Shown piece by piece: positions 1-9,600 of a stretch of 39,322 nucleotides of DNA. Origin of the DNA: a virus (lineage: Duplodnaviria; Caudoviricetes); the IMG/VR virus record IMGVR_UViG_3300012286_000411, positions 1 to 39,322 of that record; one strand, given 5' to 3'. Made by a program: the position numbers and the translations under genes. The notes beneath the pieces are model-generated. The model searched no databases, was not told the origin of the DNA, and saw only the letters and a program-made list of their open reading frames with translations. Each line of letters begins with the position of its first letter. The first letter of the stretch is position 1.

Positions 1-1695
1 TTTAATTACCAAACTTTACGCCCCACACTTTATTCCGAATATGATTCAATGGATACAGATGCTATCATTGCTTCTGCCCTAGATATCTTATCTGATGAAA
101 GTACATTACGTAATGATATGGGTGAGGTATTACAGATTCGCTCATCCGATGAAGATGTACAAAAAATTCTATATAATTTGTTCTATGATGTATTGAACGT
201 AGAATTTAACTTGTGGCCTTGGATTCGTAACATGTTGAAATATGGTGATTTTTTCTTAAAACTAGAAATTGCTGAAAAATTCGGTGTATACAATGTAATC
301 CCTTACAACGCATTCCATATCGAAAGACAAGATGGATATGATAAAGACCATCCAAATTCAGTGCGTTTCCGTTTTGACCCAGACGGTATTTCATCTCCTT
401 CAGACTATGGTTACTACAATGTTCCAAACGCTGGTGGTCAAGCAAATTCAATTTATTTTGACAACTATGAAATGGCGCATTTCCGTTTATTAACGGATAC
501 TAACTTTTTACCTTATGGTAGATCGTATTTAGAACCTGCTCGTAAATTGTTTAAACAATATATTATGATGGAAGATGCGATGTTAATTCACCGTATCGTT
601 CGCGCACCTGAAAAACGTATTTTTTACGTTAACGTTGGAAATATTGCACCTGCTGAGGTAGAAAACTTCATGCAGAAAACAATTTCCAAAATGAAACGTA
701 CTCCATACATTGATCAACAAACTGGTGATTATAACTTGAAGTACAACATGCAAAACTTGCTTGAAGACTTCTACATCCCAGTACGTGGAAATGATCAAGC
801 AACCAAAATTGATAACCTCCCAGGTTTACAGTGGCAAGGTATTGAAGACGTTACCTACTTACGTGATAAATTGTTTGCTGCCCTTAAGGTGCCTAAAGCA
901 TTTATGGGTTACGAAAAAGATTTAACAGGTAAAGCTACATTAGCTGCTGAAGATATTCGATTTGCACGTACAATTGAACGTATTCAACGTATTGTAGTAT
1001 CTGAATTGACTAAAATTGCTTTAGTTCACTTGTACACTCAAGGATACCGTGACGAAAGTATGACAAACTTTGAATTATCATTAACTACTCCTTCAATCAT
1101 CTATGATCAAGAAAGAATAGCATTAATGAAAGAAAAAGTTGATCTAGCAGCCCAAATGATGGAAAATAAGCTCCTACCTACTGATTGGATCTATGAAAAC
1201 TTATTCCACTTGAGCGAAGATCAATATGATGAATATAGAGACTTGCTTATGCAAGATGCTAAACGCAGATTCCGTATTGCACAGATTGAAAACGAAGGTA
1301 ATGACCCACTTGAAACTGGAAAATCTTACGGCACACCACATGATCTAGCTTCTTTATATGGTAGAGGTAGATATGATGATGCTAGTGTTCCTTTGGGGTA
1401 CGATGAGGACAAAGATTTAGGTCGCCCTGAAGAAAAAGTTACAAACAAAAACACACAAGACAATGCATTCGGAAAAGATAGAATTGGAGCAGACGGTGCT
1501 AAAAAAGACGGAGACGAATCAGATTCAATTAGACCTCAATATAAAGGTGGCAGTCCATTAGCACTTGAAACTAAAGGAAGACCAAACCCAAACCAAAAAA
1601 TGTTTAACGATATTAAAAACCAACACAAACAGATGATTTTTGAATCAGACATTAGAGGGAATTCACTATTAGATGAATCACAGATACGAGAGTAA
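1..1695 (+). CDS. T4 gp20-like portal protein (5' truncated; frame open from base 1)
   Basis: Motifs typical of gp20-type portals: 'MEDAMLIHRIVRAPEKRIFYVNVGN', 'EDFYIPVRG', 'IEDVTYLRDKLFAALKVP', 'EDIRFARTIERIQ'. No stop between base 1 and the ORF at 49. First gene of the head cluster. Confidence 0.93.
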   Translation, partial: FNYQTLRPTLYSEYDSMDTDAIIASALDILSDESTLRNDMGEVLQIRSSDEDVQKILYNLFYDVLNVEFNLWPWIRNMLKYGDFFLKLEIAEKFGVYNVIPYNAFHIERQDGYDKDHPNSVRFRFDPDGISSPSDYGYYNVPNAGGQANSIYFDNYEMAHFRLLTDTNFLPYGRSYLEPARKLFKQYIMMEDAMLIHRIVRAPEKRIFYVNVGNIAPAEVENFMQKTISKMKRTPYIDQQTGDYNLKYNMQNLLEDFYIPVRGNDQATKIDNLPGLQWQGIEDVTYLRDKLFAALKVPKAFMGYEKDLTGKATLAAEDIRFARTIERIQRIVVSELTKIALVHLYTQGYRDESMTNFELSLTTPSIIYDQERIALMKEKVDLAAQMMENKLLPTDWIYENLFHLSEDQYDEYRDLLMQDAKRRFRIAQIENEGNDPLETGKSYGTPHDLASLYGRGRYDDASVPLGYDEDKDLGRPEEKVTNKNTQDNAFGKDRIGADGAKKDGDESDSIRPQYKGGSPLALETKGRPNPNQKMFNDIKNQHKQMIFESDIRGNSLLDESQIRE

Positions 1696-1706
1696 GAAAA
1701 TTCTAT

Positions 1707-1716
1707 ATATTTATAA
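1707..1716 (+). promoter_or_regulatory. Putative late promoter motif ATATTTATAA
   Basis: Recurrent intergenic motif, 20 nt upstream of the ATG at 1737. Overlaps a TATAAATA (1712-1719). Confidence 0.6.
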
Positions 1717-1736
1717 ATAAACAAATATTTACAAGA

Positions 1737-2600
1737 ATGCAAGTTAAACATTCAAAGTATAAAAATACTGGAATCCTTTTCGAACTATTAGTTCGTCAAA
1801 TTACCACTGATACATTAGATGGTAAGGATTCCCCGGCTAAAGATATACTTAAAAAATATTTCGTTAAGTCGGAATTAGGTCGTGAGTATAAGTTATATGA
1901 AACGTTACTTAAAAGAACATCATTAACTGAAGGTAAAGCAAACGTTGTAGTAGATACATTAATTGAATCTTCTAAAACATTAAATAGAGGAGCTATCAAG
2001 CGCCAAAAATACAACTTAATCAATGAAATTCAGAAACATTACGACCTGAATGAATTTTTTAACCACAAGTTACCAAACTATAAGATGTTTGCTGCATTCT
2101 ATACACTAACGGAAATTGCAAACGCTCAAAACACCATTGATCCTGATCAAGCCATCAACAATAAAGTAACTATTTTAGAGCATTTAACTGCTGCTAAAAT
2201 TGCTGAAAGTAAAGTACGTGATGAGGTAATGGGTGAATTTGAAAATGCTGATAAAGACGTTCGTTTTTTAGCGTATAAAATGGTATTGGAAAATTTCAAT
2301 ACAAAATATAACGATTTACACCCACGTCAAAAAGAAATCCTTAAAGAATTTATTACTTCGGTTGACAATAAACCACGTTTAAAAGAATTTTACACTGCTA
2401 AAGTAGTTGAAATCAAAGAAGAATTAGCTGCATTGAACGCTAAAACTAAAAACGAAGTAACTAAAATCAAAATCAACGAAATCATTAACATCATCCAGGT
2501 ACCAGCTAAAACAGCTAAAATTACCGATAACGATCTAGTTGACTTGTTACAGTATTATGATTTAATTAATGAGTTAGAAACTGTAAATGGAAAAAATTAA
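1737..2600 (+). CDS. Hypothetical head-cluster protein (helical)
   Basis: 287-aa ORF between portal and protease, phage-like codon usage, preceded by the late motif. No function recognised. Confidence 0.75.
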   Translation: MQVKHSKYKNTGILFELLVRQITTDTLDGKDSPAKDILKKYFVKSELGREYKLYETLLKRTSLTEGKANVVVDTLIESSKTLNRGAIKRQKYNLINEIQKHYDLNEFFNHKLPNYKMFAAFYTLTEIANAQNTIDPDQAINNKVTILEHLTAAKIAESKVRDEVMGEFENADKDVRFLAYKMVLENFNTKYNDLHPRQKEILKEFITSVDNKPRLKEFYTAKVVEIKEELAALNAKTKNEVTKIKINEIINIIQVPAKTAKITDNDLVDLLQYYDLINELETVNGKN

Positions 2601-3081
2601 AGACATAATTCGTAAAAAACTTAAAGAAATGAACGCTACTGGAAACGGTGGTGCTTCATTTTCTGCAGGTCCTGGTGAAGGATATTCACCAAAAAAATCA
2701 TTTAAAAAAGTAAACGAAGGTCCGGGAGCAACTTTAGGAATGGGTCCAAAAGCAGGTCCTGAAGGCGTTAAAGATAATGCTTACGTAAAACAATTCAAAT
2801 ACAAACTAGTACCTAAAAAAATTAAAGGGTCTGGTTTGGAAGTTAAGCAACTTTGGGAAGACGAAACATTAAACGAAATGAACGACGTTCAAAAGAAACG
2901 TATCGCTTCGTTAGACGAAATTGAAAAATTAATGAACGAAATTCAACCACTTGTTTCAAATGCAAAAAATGAAACAATTGAATTGTACGGTGGAAACGCT
3001 GGTTCATATGATATCAATAAACCAATCGAAATAGTTTTAAGCTATTTAAAAGAAATTAAACAACTCTTATCAGAAAAATAA
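2587..3081 (+). CDS. Putative prohead core/internal protein
   Basis: 164 aa, overlaps both neighbours. Several [LIV]-x-E sites (LKE, VNE, LWE, LNE, LSE) and Gly-Pro-rich low-complexity segments. Confidence 0.6.
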   Translation: MEKIKDIIRKKLKEMNATGNGGASFSAGPGEGYSPKKSFKKVNEGPGATLGMGPKAGPEGVKDNAYVKQFKYKLVPKKIKGSGLEVKQLWEDETLNEMNDVQKKRIASLDEIEKLMNEIQPLVSNAKNETIELYGGNAGSYDINKPIEIVLSYLKEIKQLLSEK

Positions 3082-4970
3082 TGAAAAAGACATTACAAGA
3101 TCAATATTTGTTAATCAAAGAAGGTAAAGGACACAAAGGTGTTTTCCTTACAGAAGCAAAACGCCAATTCCCTAATATTGTTCGTAACGCTGCTACATTT
3201 GAAGAAGCAACAGCCTCTCTTATTACCAAAAACATCATCTCAGAAAATGTGATTGGTTTAACAGCTATTAATTCTCCGTTTGAACCTAAGAAAAAAGAAT
3301 CTTACGAAACTGCATTTGAAGCGTTTTTAGCAGAAGCTAAAAAGAAAAACGAAGACGAAAAAGTTAAAGCAGAAGAGAAAAAAGTTTCTAAGCCTGTAGA
3401 AGAAGATCTTGCACATAACTTTGATTACTCAGACGATAAAAACCCTGACAATATGATCTTTGATCAAATTATGATGGGTTACTATGCTGAAATGAAAGAT
3501 CCTAAGAATGCTGATAAAACGATGCAAGAACTTAAAGACATCGTATTTAAAAACTTAACAAAAGATCCAATTCACTATACAAAAGATGGTCAATTTGGTG
3601 TTAAAGATTTAGGATATGTAACTGATCATCCTGGATTAGGTGAGCCAAAAGAAGCTAAAGGAAAATACAAATCAAGCGGATATGGTGATTTGAAAGAAGG
3701 TGTAGAAAAATTTATGTCGGATGTTGAAGATTTAGCAACTAAAAAAGGCGATAAAAAATTCTCACCCGAAGAAATTAAAGCTAAATTAAAACAAAAACGT
3801 GAAGCTGAACTTAAACGTAGAAAAGAAGCAGGTGAATCACTTGAAGAAATCATGTTGCGTGAAGTAGTTCAAAACATGATTTTTGAAGAATTAAATTCTG
3901 AGGAATTTGAAGATACTCTTTTTAAACTTGAACAACCACATTTAAGTGATAAAGCATCTTTAACTAAAATTCAAAAAATATATGCTCGTCATAGTGCTGG
4001 ATTGAATTCAATTTCTCAAAATATAGAAGAAAGCGATGTTGAAGAAGCATATCAAATGCCTAGCGTTAACACTTCTGGTAAAGGTGGTGCTGGTGGTAGA
4101 CGTTTTATCCCATCCCAACTTCCTTTCCCACAAAACATTAGAAGACGTTTTGGCGAACATATTGTTTACAATCCTGGAAGCCAAACCTTATATATTTCAG
4201 ATATTCTATACAATAACCTAGTTAAAGGGTATGGTGATCAACCAGCAATCAAAAAATTGATTATGGATATCCCACCAATGGTAAAACAAATCCTTAACAA
4301 ACCTGATAACTACGGTCCAACAACTGAACTACCTAAAGAATTTAGAGTATATCACCCATTAAATGCAGAAGTTGAAAAAGCAAAAGCTGATAAATTCAAC
4401 AAAGCTGGCGATAAACAATATTGGGCTGAAAGTGATTTCTTGATTCCTAACTTGAACATTATGGAAGAAGGTGAAATGGAATCTTTACGTGAAAGTGTTG
4501 AAAAAGATTTAGCAGACATCAACAAAGAAGCAGAACATGAAGTTCTACAAACTAAATTAGATAAAATTGATGCTTTAATTGACCACAGACGTTCTAAACT
4601 TTCAAAACTTGACGAAGATGAGGACATGAAAGCCTTAACTGACAAGAAAAAAGTTAAAGAACTTGAAAAAGACATTAAAAAACTAGAGGTAGCTCGTAAA
4701 AAAGTTGAAAAAATGATGTCGAAATTCAAAGGTAAAAAAGCAGCCTCTAAAGAAGTAATTGACGAAACCGAAGGAGAAGATGAACTCCCTCTAGAAACTC
4801 CTGCTGAAGCATCTGCAGAATATGAATTGATTCAAAAAGATGCTGAACGTCGTTATGATGAAGGAGAAAGTATTGATTCTATTATGTCAAATTATCCTAA
4901 TTTATCTGATGAAGATCAAGAAACATTATATCAAGATCTAGAAGGTAAAATGAACGGAATGGATTACTAA
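3081..4970 (+). CDS. Putative prohead core/internal polyprotein
   Basis: 629 aa, highly charged with coiled-coil character and many [LIVM]-x-E sites. Immediately upstream of the prohead protease, where T4 has core genes 67/68. Confidence 0.6.
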   Translation: MKKTLQDQYLLIKEGKGHKGVFLTEAKRQFPNIVRNAATFEEATASLITKNIISENVIGLTAINSPFEPKKKESYETAFEAFLAEAKKKNEDEKVKAEEKKVSKPVEEDLAHNFDYSDDKNPDNMIFDQIMMGYYAEMKDPKNADKTMQELKDIVFKNLTKDPIHYTKDGQFGVKDLGYVTDHPGLGEPKEAKGKYKSSGYGDLKEGVEKFMSDVEDLATKKGDKKFSPEEIKAKLKQKREAELKRRKEAGESLEEIMLREVVQNMIFEELNSEEFEDTLFKLEQPHLSDKASLTKIQKIYARHSAGLNSISQNIEESDVEEAYQMPSVNTSGKGGAGGRRFIPSQLPFPQNIRRRFGEHIVYNPGSQTLYISDILYNNLVKGYGDQPAIKKLIMDIPPMVKQILNKPDNYGPTTELPKEFRVYHPLNAEVEKAKADKFNKAGDKQYWAESDFLIPNLNIMEEGEMESLRESVEKDLADINKEAEHEVLQTKLDKIDALIDHRRSKLSKLDEDEDMKALTDKKKVKELEKDIKKLEVARKKVEKMMSKFKGKKAASKEVIDETEGEDELPLETPAEASAEYELIQKDAERRYDEGESIDSIMSNYPNLSDEDQETLYQDLEGKMNGMDY

Positions 4971-4971
4971 T

Positions 4972-5604
4972 ATGAGCAAGCAACTTTTAATAGAAACCAG
5001 ACATTTTGATCCAAAACCAATGAAATTGGTTGAGGGGATGAGCAAAGGCGGTAACGTTTTTGTTGAAGGAATATTAGCTACTGTAGAGGTAAAAAATGGA
5101 AATGGTCGCTATTACAAACGTGAATTGTGGGAGCGTGAAATTGACAATTTTACACGCAAAATTCAACAGAAATCTACCGAAACGGTAGGTGAGTTGGATC
5201 ACCCTGACTCGCAAGTAATCAACCTTAAAAACGCATCTCATGCCATACGTGAAGTATGGTGGAGAGGAGATGAAGTATGGGGTAAAGTAGAAATATTTGC
5301 CGATGCTGGTGATTTAGGAACCACCTCAGGACGCATTGCTGGTGCCTTAGTTAGAAATGGTTTATTAATAGGTATTTCTTCTCGCGGAATGGGTTCCCTA
5401 AAACAAATGGGTGAAGTAATGGAAGTCCAAGACGACTTTGAATTACTTACTTGGGATTTAGTTTCCAATCCATCTAACCCAGATTCATGGATGAAAAACG
5501 GTGCATTAAACGAATCACGCACTACATTTTTAGATCCATACGCTAAAACAAATTCAATACTTACCGAAATTTTATGTGCTAAAGGTACATGTCCTATATT
5601 TTAA
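4972..5604 (+). CDS. Prohead protease (T4 gp21-like)
   Basis: 'NGNGRYY', 'GELDHP', 'ASHAI', 'GISSRGMGS', 'WDLVSNPS' match gp21-type protease motifs with catalytic His/Ser. Confidence 0.93.
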   Translation: MSKQLLIETRHFDPKPMKLVEGMSKGGNVFVEGILATVEVKNGNGRYYKRELWEREIDNFTRKIQQKSTETVGELDHPDSQVINLKNASHAIREVWWRGDEVWGKVEIFADAGDLGTTSGRIAGALVRNGLLIGISSRGMGSLKQMGEVMEVQDDFELLTWDLVSNPSNPDSWMKNGALNESRTTFLDPYAKTNSILTEILCAKGTCPIF

Positions 5605-5627
5605 AATATGCAAACCGGTGAAAAATT

Positions 5628-5653
5628 GGCTCTCTTTTGAGAGCCTTTTTTTT
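5628..5653 (+). terminator. Rho-independent terminator
   Basis: GGCTCTC-TTTT-GAGAGCC perfect 7-bp stem followed by T8, just after the protease gene. Confidence 0.85.
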
Positions 5654-5791
5654 CTTGCGACTTTGACGTATTTGCCTCATATATATAACTTGAATATACC
5701 ACCCCCCTCACATCTTATGTGGTATCGATATAAAAAAATCTATTACGTTTCTTAATAAACGTATTTTCCCAACAAAAATAATTTAGGAAAA

Positions 5792-7093
5792 ATGGCAACA
5801 AACAGAGACTTGCTCAAAGAAGCAATTGCTGATGCTAAAGCTGTTAAAGAAACTGCTATCGCAAACGCAAAAGCAGCTCTAGAAGAAGCCTTCACACCTC
5901 AATTAAAAACAATGTTCGCTGCAAAGCTTCAAGAAATGGAAGAAGTGGAAGAAATGGAAGACAAAATGTACGAAATGGAAGACAAAGAATACATGGAAGA
6001 AGGTGAAGACGAAACAATGAATGAAATTGATTTGGAAGAGCTTTTAGCGGAGCTAGAATTAGAAGAGGAAGAAATGGAAGGCCTTTACGAAGCCGAAGAA
6101 GAGGAAGAAGAAGACGTTGAAATGTCTGACGAAGAATCAGAAGAAGGTGAAGAAGAAGGTGAACCACTTGACCTCGAAGACATGACCGATGAGGATCTTA
6201 AATCAATGATTGAAGATGTTATCAAAGACATGATCGAAGCAGGCGAACTCGAAGCCGGACACGAAGGTGAAGGCGAAGAGGAAGCTGAAGAAACAGGCAT
6301 GGAAGACGAAGAAGAAGTTGACTTAGCCGAACTTTTAAGAGAAATTGAAGAAATGGAAGAAATGGAAGAACCAATTGATGAATTATTTGGATTAGGAAAA
6401 AGCCCGAAAGAAAAATTATTTAACCAACTTTCACCTTTCTTTAAATCCCCATTCGCCCAAAAACTCCCAGGAGCTGATAAACTTGCTCAATTAGATCCTA
6501 AATCTCCAGAATTTGAAAAATTAGTAGGAGAATTAGTTTCTGGTAATAATCCTGATTTATCAAGAGCCTTAGATAGCTGGTCACGAAGTCCAAAAGATAA
6601 GGGAGGAATTGCCTCAACTACTCAAGGATCAAAATGGTTAGCAGATCTTAGAGCTATTTTTGGTGAAAAAATCTTTACAACCCCAGCAGCTGGAAAAGAT
6701 TCTGCTCAATCAACATTAGGTATGCGCGAATCCAAAGCTCTAAAAGCTGAATTGGATGAAGCTCTTAAAACAATCAATGTTCTTAAGTCTGAATTGAATG
6801 AAATTAATTTGTTAAATGCTAAATTGCTTTACACAAATAAAATCTTCAAATCTAAAAACTTGAACGAAAACCAAAAAGTGAAAGTGTTAAGTTCTTTTGA
6901 CAAAGCAACAACTGTAGGTGAAGTTAAGATGGTGTTTGAAACTTTAAACGAGGGTATTAAAGTTAACAAAAACCCAATCAAAGAAAACCTAGGTAGTGCT
7001 TCTAAAGCAACATTAACACCAAACGCTAAAAAACCAATCGTAGAGTCAAACGATGCATTCTTACGTATGCAAAAATTGGCAGGAATTATTTAA
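5792..7093 (+). CDS. Prohead scaffolding/core protein (T4 gp22 position)
   Basis: Very acidic Glu-rich N-terminal half and coiled-coil C-terminus, located between protease and major capsid protein. Ends in 'FLRMQKLAGII'. Confidence 0.8.
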   Translation: MATNRDLLKEAIADAKAVKETAIANAKAALEEAFTPQLKTMFAAKLQEMEEVEEMEDKMYEMEDKEYMEEGEDETMNEIDLEELLAELELEEEEMEGLYEAEEEEEEDVEMSDEESEEGEEEGEPLDLEDMTDEDLKSMIEDVIKDMIEAGELEAGHEGEGEEEAEETGMEDEEEVDLAELLREIEEMEEMEEPIDELFGLGKSPKEKLFNQLSPFFKSPFAQKLPGADKLAQLDPKSPEFEKLVGELVSGNNPDLSRALDSWSRSPKDKGGIASTTQGSKWLADLRAIFGEKIFTTPAAGKDSAQSTLGMRESKALKAELDEALKTINVLKSELNEINLLNAKLLYTNKIFKSKNLNENQKVKVLSSFDKATTVGEVKMVFETLNEGIKVNKNPIKENLGSASKATLTPNAKKPIVESNDAFLRMQKLAGII

Positions 7094-7119
7094 TTTTAAA
7101 CAAAAAACAAAAACAGAAA

Positions 7120-8793
7120 ATGTCAAACATTAATTCTCTATTAGAAAGCGCAGCCTCTGGATGGAAAAACATGCAGGGTGACGCAGCTCGTATGGCCTCA
7201 AAATGGGGTAAAACGGGTCTCTTGGAAGGATTAGGAAGCGAAGTTGAAAAAAACAACATGGCTTTGATCCTTGAAAACCAAGCAAAACAATTGGTAGTTG
7301 AACAATCTTCAACTCAAGTAGGAGGTTCAGGATTTACTGCTGGTCAAGGTGAAACTTGGGCTGGTGTAGCTCTTCCATTGGTACGTAAAGTATTCGGTTC
7401 TTTATCATCTAAAGAATTCGTTTCTGTACAACCAATGAACTTGCCTTCTGGTCTAGTATTCTTCTTGGATTTCCAATATGGTCAAACTAAAGAACTAAGC
7501 TTTGGACCTGCAGGTGATGTATATGGTACTGGTTCCCTTTATGGAAATACTAACCCAGGTGCTACCAATGATCCTTCACAAGGTTTATATGGTGCTGGTC
7601 GTTTTGGTTACTCAATCAACCAAAAATCAGCTTCATTGTCTGGTACTGTAGCTAAAGCTACTTGGGAACAAGTTGAATATGCTGCTGAACTCTCAGCATC
7701 TATTGCTGCTGGTGTTACCTATTCAGCATTAACTATTAACATGAGTTCTTTAACTGGTTCTGGTGCTACTAACCCAGACTTTAAAGGTGCTCGCGCATTT
7801 ACTGCTACTTCAGCTTCTGTTGCTACTACACTTACCATTTTACCTCAGTTTACTTCAGTTAACGGTGCTTCAGTAACATTCATCCACCAAGTATCTTCTG
7901 CATCATTTGCATCAGCATCTCCTGCAAACGTTTATGTAACTTATAATGTACAGCCTACTGATAACTACCGTGGTGATTTTGAAGCCAATTCTGGTGCTGG
8001 TTATCCAAATGCTGAATCTACAGCTGCAGACCAATTAGCAATTCCTTCAATTGATATCAAAATGAAATCTGAAGCTATTGTTGCTAAAACTCGTAAGTTA
8101 AAAGCACAATGGACACCAGAATTCGCTCAAGATTTGAACGCATACCAATCATTGGATGCTGAAGCTGAATTGACTTCAATCATGAGTGAGTACATCGCAT
8201 TGGAAATTGACCTCGAAGTAATCGACATGTTAATCCAAGATGCTTCTGCATGGGATGAGTATTGGAACGTATCAAACAACCAACAACTGAATAGTGGTAA
8301 GACAGGATATGATAACTTGAACTTCTACAACACTCAAGGTCAGTGGTTCCAAACTTTAGGTACTAAAATGCAAAAAGTTAGTAACAAAATTCACCAAAAG
8401 ACTTTACGTGGTGGTGCAAACTTCATCGTAACTTCTCCTAACGTAGCAACTATCCTCGAGTCAATCCCAGGATTTGCTTCTAGTTCAGATGGTGATGTAA
8501 CAAAAGCTAGCTACGCATTTGGTATCCAAAAAGCTGGTCAAATGAACAACCGTTACACAGTTTATAAAAATCCTTATATGACTGAAGGTTTAATCTTGAT
8601 GGGTTACCGTGGCTCACAGTTCCTCGAAACAGGTGCTGTATTCGCTCCATACGTGCCATTAATCATGACACCTCTTGTGTACGATCCAGAAACATTTACC
8701 CCACGTAAAGGTCTCTTGACTCGTTACGCTAAGAAAATGATCCGTCCGGAATTTTACGGTCGTATCTTCGTTTCTAACTTGAACCTTATCTAA
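7120..8793 (+). CDS. Major capsid protein (T4 gp23-like)
   Basis: 'VQPMNLPSGLVF', 'AKTRKLKAQWTPEFAQDLNAYQSLDAEAELTSIMSEYIALEID', 'FAPYVPL', 'TFTPRKGLLTRY' are gp23-family motifs. Strong codon bias. Confidence 0.95.
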   Translation: MSNINSLLESAASGWKNMQGDAARMASKWGKTGLLEGLGSEVEKNNMALILENQAKQLVVEQSSTQVGGSGFTAGQGETWAGVALPLVRKVFGSLSSKEFVSVQPMNLPSGLVFFLDFQYGQTKELSFGPAGDVYGTGSLYGNTNPGATNDPSQGLYGAGRFGYSINQKSASLSGTVAKATWEQVEYAAELSASIAAGVTYSALTINMSSLTGSGATNPDFKGARAFTATSASVATTLTILPQFTSVNGASVTFIHQVSSASFASASPANVYVTYNVQPTDNYRGDFEANSGAGYPNAESTAADQLAIPSIDIKMKSEAIVAKTRKLKAQWTPEFAQDLNAYQSLDAEAELTSIMSEYIALEIDLEVIDMLIQDASAWDEYWNVSNNQQLNSGKTGYDNLNFYNTQGQWFQTLGTKMQKVSNKIHQKTLRGGANFIVTSPNVATILESIPGFASSSDGDVTKASYAFGIQKAGQMNNRYTVYKNPYMTEGLILMGYRGSQFLETGAVFAPYVPLIMTPLVYDPETFTPRKGLLTRYAKKMIRPEFYGRIFVSNLNLI

Positions 8794-8815
8794 GATTTAA
8801 GTAAATAGAAAATAT

Positions 8816-8850
8816 GAAGAGCCTGGCGAAAGCCAGGCTTTTCTATTTCT
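8816..8850 (+). terminator. Rho-independent terminator
   Basis: AGCCTGGC-GAAA-GCCAGGCT stem with GNRA loop and T-rich tail directly after the capsid gene. Confidence 0.85.
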
Positions 8851-8880
8851 CCCCCAATATTTATTAGCAAATACAGTTAT

Positions 8881-9579
8881 ATGACAGATTTTAACAGAAC
8901 TCCTGAAGCGCAGGAAGCATTTAAAGCAAAACGCAAACCAAAAGGCCCAATCAAGTTCAATATCCAATTGAATGAAGAGCAAAAAATCGCTAAATCCAAA
9001 ATCTTAAACAACACAATAACTATATTGCGTGGTAAAGCAGGTTCGGGTAAATCTTTACTAGCCGCTAACGTAGCACTTGACTTGCTATTTAGTCGTGAAA
9101 TTGAGAAGATTATCATTACTCGACCAACTGTAGTTGCCGGACAAGATATTGGTTTCCTCCCAGGAGACGTTAACGAAAAGCTCGCCCCATTCACAGCCCC
9201 AGTGTATGAAAACATGCACCGCCTATACAGCAAAGATAAAATTGAAAAATGTATAGCAGATGGTGAAATTGAAATCGTACCTGTATCATTTATGCGAGGT
9301 AGAAACTTTACAGATTGTCTAGTTGTAGTAGATGAAGCTCAAAACTTAACAGACAATCAAACAGAACTTTTATTGACTCGTATTTGCCATGGATCTAAAA
9401 TGATCTTCTGTGGTGATGCTGCTCAAGTTGACTTGAGAGATAAGAAAACATCTGGATTTGATGTTGTATGTAAGCATATGAAAGAAGTGCCTGGATTTGA
9501 AGTAGTTACATTAGAAAAAAACCATAGACACCCAATCGTAGACGACATCTTGGAGGTATACAAATCATTCAGAAACTGA
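8881..9579 (+). CDS. phoH: PhoH-family ATPase
   Basis: Walker A 'GKAGSGKS', 'IIITRPTV', 'IGFLPG', 'FMRGRNF', 'VVDEAQN', 'GDAAQVD' and C-terminal 'HRHPIV'. Confidence 0.93.
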   Translation: MTDFNRTPEAQEAFKAKRKPKGPIKFNIQLNEEQKIAKSKILNNTITILRGKAGSGKSLLAANVALDLLFSREIEKIIITRPTVVAGQDIGFLPGDVNEKLAPFTAPVYENMHRLYSKDKIEKCIADGEIEIVPVSFMRGRNFTDCLVVVDEAQNLTDNQTELLLTRICHGSKMIFCGDAAQVDLRDKKTSGFDVVCKHMKEVPGFEVVTLEKNHRHPIVDDILEVYKSFRN

Positions 9580-9581
9580 CC

Positions 9582-9591
9582 ATATTTATAA
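9582..9591 (+). promoter_or_regulatory. Putative late promoter motif ATATTTATAA
   Basis: Same motif in the short gap before the ATG at 9601. Confidence 0.6.
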
Positions 9592-9600
9592 CAAAAAATA

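Noticed and set aside
5925-6380. GAA-rich repetitive DNA that might be a repeat array
   Set aside because: It simply encodes the poly-Glu scaffold region and has no repeat-spacer structure.
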